Source of the DNA: Squalus acanthias
Taxonomy: Eukaryota
Reading direction: 5' to 3'
NCBI GenBank assembly: GCA_030390025.1
Contig: CM059425.1
Location: 164,240,001 to 164,304,000 of the forward strand
DNA length: 64,000 bases
Each line of letters begins with the position of its first letter. Within the stretch, counting starts at the first letter, position 1. The notes below the pieces were generated by a model. It made no database searches, had not been told where the DNA came from, and saw only the letters and a program-made list of their open reading frames with translations. Positions 61,720 through 64,000 of the stretch are shown here, piece by piece. Made by a program: the position numbers and the translations under genes.

Positions 61720-61882
61720 CAATGGTTCCTCTAATTTTTTTTTGGGTGCGCAGCCTCTTTAACGGGCTGCGCGGCCCATTCACATTTCTGTGCGTGCGTG
61801 GTGTTTCCATTTAAAAGCCGGTGAGCCGGCTGCGCGGGACCTCCAGACCGCTGCGCGGCCGTGCAGATTAACGGGAACATTG
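61720..61882. mobile_element. hAT-type MITE (163 bp)
   Basis: TIR CAATG(G)TTCC..TAA / TTAACGGGAACATTG; perfect 8-bp TSD CCCATCAG. Confidence 0.88.
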
Positions 61883-62487
61883 CCCATCAGTGGCACTTTT
61901 AACACAAAATTATGCTTACTGAGATAATGGTAATTTTTGCTGAAAATGAAAAACATCTGTCCCAAATGAATCAATCGAAAGAAATGGCCAAGTTTGAAAA
62001 GAGGAACAACGGGGTTAAGAGAAATGCAATTAGTATTTTTTTCTGTGGTCTTCATAAGCTACTTGTCTGAAATAACACAACTACGCCAAACAGCTCACCT
62101 ACCTGTCCACTAGGCACCAGCATTATTATAGAAGTGAACCGAAGAATCGATCTGGCTGCATTTGCCACATCTACCCTTCAGCAGTAAAGTAGAACAGTTG
62201 ACCTGTAGGTTAAGCTTAATATTTCATACTGCTACACGGTTAGGGCCTAACTACAGTGGCCTCAGTCTTTGGTGTGATGTCAATGCTACCTGCTCCCATC
62301 AACTGACAACAGATCATAAGCATCATCATCCATTAATAGACTAAAACTGATCCATTACCACCAACACTGCAGCCATTACCACTAACAATGGCCATCCAAT
62401 AATTTTTATTGATTTGTGTATTAGACAACCCCCAGAGAGGTGTGGGTTAACCAGATTTTTATCAACTCCAACCACCAAGAATGACTA

Positions 62488-62700
62488 AGGCTAGAATTTT
62501 CCTTACCTTGGCGGGTCCGGTGCAGGCGGTGTCTGTGGTGGGTTGCAACCACGCTGCTGGCTCCATTCCTTAACTTGCCTTAATGGGGCCTATTAAGCCC
62601 ACCCAGCATGTTACCTGGCCCAATTAGATGGAGCGGGTCTGGTGACGTCATTCATGACACGTTTTAAGCCAGAATCCTTAAAGGGACCCTGGCCACATTA
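62488..62700. mobile_element. Harbinger-type MITE left-end fragment
   Basis: GGCTAGAATTTT start; TAAGCCC.CCCAGC..CCAATT motif shared with the 42304 element. Confidence 0.55.
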
Positions 62701-62983
62701 CATTTTAAGTTTAATCTGACATAGTGGGTGTTGAATCTTTACTGTACAATAATATAATAAAAGTTATATATGAGTGACAAAGAAATATTTAAATATTATT
62801 ATGTAATATGCCTCCATCAACAAATATGATCAAGAACATAATTTTAAAAAGTACATCAATTGGGAAGTTATTGGTGCTTTAGTCACAAATCTATAGACTT
62901 TTGTATCAGTAACTGGTACAAATAAAAGGTATGTGTGTATAGGTAATACATAAAATTAAGCAGATTTTAAATGTAATTGTAAA

Positions 62984-63141
62984 GGGGTGGATTTACAATC
63001 TTATGCAAGTTCAGCAGAAGAGCTGCGGAATCCTTGACAAACAGTGTAAGTGGTGCTTACAATGTGTTTCTGGGATTTCTGCAGCTCTTCCGTTGAAGTT
63101 AACAATGGACAAGTGAGAGAACCTCCGCAGATATTCACCCT
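62984..63141. mobile_element. Small Harbinger-type MITE
   Basis: GGGGTGGATTT / ATATTCACCCT termini; AAA duplication. Confidence 0.6.
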
Positions 63142-63649
63142 AAAGTCTCAGACTGAAAAATTAAATCAGACATATTCAGGGACTGAACGCAAATTGAACC
63201 AGTGGAATGAGTGATGAGAATGAAATTATTATGGTTGATGACTTGATTTAATGTGTAACTGGACAATCACAGTATACTGTGAGAAAAACCTGACCAGAAA
63301 CAACACAAAAATTTATTGAAATGGTGTATGTCATTTTTTATAATGCAGATCAATTCACTGCACTAATGTTGAGTTGGAAAGCAACAGCCGAGAATGGCCA
63401 GTGAAAAATGTATTTACCTCACCATCCAGGGTAGCACTTGCATCCCTTCAGGAATTTCTGAATGGACATTTATCAGTAGGTTTTCAAGTAGAATAGAATC
63501 TCCATCAATCTGTTAGCTGATGTAATCAACAAGTTTTTATTTTGGTTTGTTTTTCATGCTGTTAAGTAATCAGCTGGAGCAATGGCAATGGACCTCACGT
63601 CTCAGGTTGACAGACATGGTTCCCAAGCTGCATGAATCCCGTAGCCATG

Positions 63650-63862
63650 CAGGGAAATTTAGAAAGTAGGGGAAAAAAGGCTCTTAAGTGCCTGTAAAGC
63701 ACCTCATAATGATTTCAATTGGGTCCCTCGCCGCTGCAAGTCAGGTCGGCTCCACGATGATAGACGCGCCTGTGGGAAAGTTCCTGACCCGGTCAAAAAA
63801 AACAATTTTCCCACCCAACTCGCCACCGATCGCGCCCGCTACCACCCCAGAAAATTCAACCC
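63650..63862. mobile_element. Harbinger-type MITE right-end fragment
   Basis: CpG-rich and ends AAAATTCAACCC. Confidence 0.5.
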
Positions 63863-64000
63863 TATATGTTTACCGGACTGATTAACTCAAGATTGTCCGA
63901 TACGTCGATGAAACTTAATCTGAGCTGTTTGATCAACATCACCGAGAATAGAAGCATGATCTAGTTTTCAAGTTCACAGTGGTTTTGTCAGTCATATGGA

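Noticed and set aside
63875..63930. Possible hammerhead (CTGATTA...GAAAC)
   Set aside because: The core is not CTGANGA and no stems could be formed.

Overview
Eukaryotic, repeat-dominated DNA, most likely from a cartilaginous fish (shark). This is inferred from the mix of CR1/L2/RTE LINEs, DeuSINE-like and HE1/V-SINE-like SINEs, Penelope elements and Harbinger MITEs. No multi-exon host gene is recognisable; the only host-like signal is a CpG-rich putative promoter and first exon near 50.7-52 kb. Structurally resolved elements: (1) a complete but inactivated Gypsy LTR element of CsRN1 type (132-4487; tRNA-Trp PBS, ATAC TSD); (2) a three-level nest of CR1 > two-gene Harbinger > 1.7-kb TG..CA solo-LTR-like insert (29.3-36.7 kb); (3) several long CR1 copies; (4) Penelope pieces with hammerhead ribozyme motifs, including a 213-bp hairpin insert with an intact minimal hammerhead; (5) a 5'-inverted RTE insertion; (6) a 400-bp inverted duplication whose second arm was expanded to 6.4 kb by nested insertions. 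Most interesting patterns: two unrelated Harbinger-type elements inserted at the same homologous trinucleotide of two different CR1 copies; recurrent splice donors plus an AT-rich intron-like segment in CR1 5' UTRs; the hammerhead hairpin; and the long-R solo LTR. All calls were made by eye, without alignments or database searches.
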